Of a stretch of DNA of 64,000 nt, positions 63,630 through 64,000 are shown one piece after another. The translations under genes and the position numbers were made by a program. Position 1 is the stretch's first letter, and each line of letters opens with the position of its first letter. Location of the stretch: positions 4,790 through 68,789 of the forward strand of contig CAWDCH010000019.1 of assembly GCA_963800785.1 (NCBI GenBank), in the 5' to 3' direction. This stretch comes from Vicinamibacteria bacterium (GTDB lineage Bacteria; Acidobacteriota; Vicinamibacteria; Vicinamibacterales; JAENWD01). The notes below the pieces were generated by a model, which did no database searches, had not been told where the DNA came from, and saw only the letters and a program-made list of their open reading frames with translations.

Positions 63630-64000
63630 TGGAGCAGCGGGCCTCGAATGTCGTCCAGAAGCTCTGGAACTACTGCAACGTCCTGCGCGACGACGGGCTG
63701 TCGTACGGGGATTACGTCGAGCAGCTCACGTACCTCCTGTTCTTGAAGATGGCGCACGAGCAGACGCTCCCGCCGTGGAACCGGCCGTCGTTCATCCCGA
63801 CAGGGTTCGACTGGCCCGCGCTCGACGCGCAGGACGGCGACGATCTGGAGACGCACTACCGTCACACGCTGGAGACGCTCGGCAAGCAGCCTGGGATGCT
63901 GGGCGTCATCTTCCGCAAGGCCCAGAACAAGATTCAGGACCCCGCGAAGTTGAAGCGCCTCATCAGCGACCTCATCGACGCCGAGCAGTGGGTGTCACTC
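63629..64000 (+). CDS. hsdM: type I restriction-modification methyltransferase, N-terminal part (3' end outside window)
   Basis: ATG overlaps the hsdS stop (ATGA). VVQKLWNYCNVLRDDGLSYGDYVEQLTYLLFLKMAHE is the HsdM N-terminal domain signature. Confidence 0.85.
   Translation, partial: MEQRASNVVQKLWNYCNVLRDDGLSYGDYVEQLTYLLFLKMAHEQTLPPWNRPSFIPTGFDWPALDAQDGDDLETHYRHTLETLGKQPGMLGVIFRKAQNKIQDPAKLKRLISDLIDAEQWVSL

Overview
High-GC (by eye about 60-65%) bacterial chromosomal segment that is almost entirely accessory DNA: integrative elements, IS debris and a dense set of nucleic-acid-targeting, defence-type genes.

(i) 1-6.3 kb: a partial zeta-toxin-like kinase, decayed gene remnants, a Tat-exported glycoside-hydrolase-like propeller and a DNA-ligase 3' remnant. 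These are followed by a PEP-CTERM protein, a 979-bp orfA-less IS3-family element and a tyrosine integrase.

(ii) 6.36-26.9 kb: an island bracketed by two identical 46-bp copies of the 3' part of tRNA-Pro(UGG). It carries:
- an Xis-like HTH and a P4-type primase/helicase followed by an iteron field;
- a PT-TG/acidic-repeat protein coupled to a TPR-SPOR protein;
- an EVE-McrB/McrC system with mcrB multiply frameshifted;
- a second tyrosine integrase;
- a three-gene HARE-HTH / unknown / GHKL-ATPase operon (frameshifted);
- a HEPN + coiled-coil pair.

(iii) 26.9-33.5 kb: transposase debris, an amidase, an IS110 transposase and a cyclase-family protein.

(iv) 33.8-64 kb, in order:
- AlpA, then a serine recombinase + RHH protein;
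- two Ser/Thr-kinase/beta-propeller paralogues;
- five small Zn-ribbon ORFs;
- a second identical IS3 copy inserted in a Tat-signal ORF;
- an HSDR_N-type nuclease;
- a GIY-YIG + UDG-fold pair;
- OGG-fold + GmrSD (frameshifted);
- another GIY-YIG protein;
- a type I R-M locus in R-S-M order, with hsdM cut by the window end.

Six same-orientation relics of an IS3-like left end / orfA 5' region punctuate part (iv). I saw no rRNA, intact tRNA or CRISPR array. Lineage guess (inference only): an Acidobacteriota-like soil bacterium. All domain calls come from reading the translations by eye; no searches were run.
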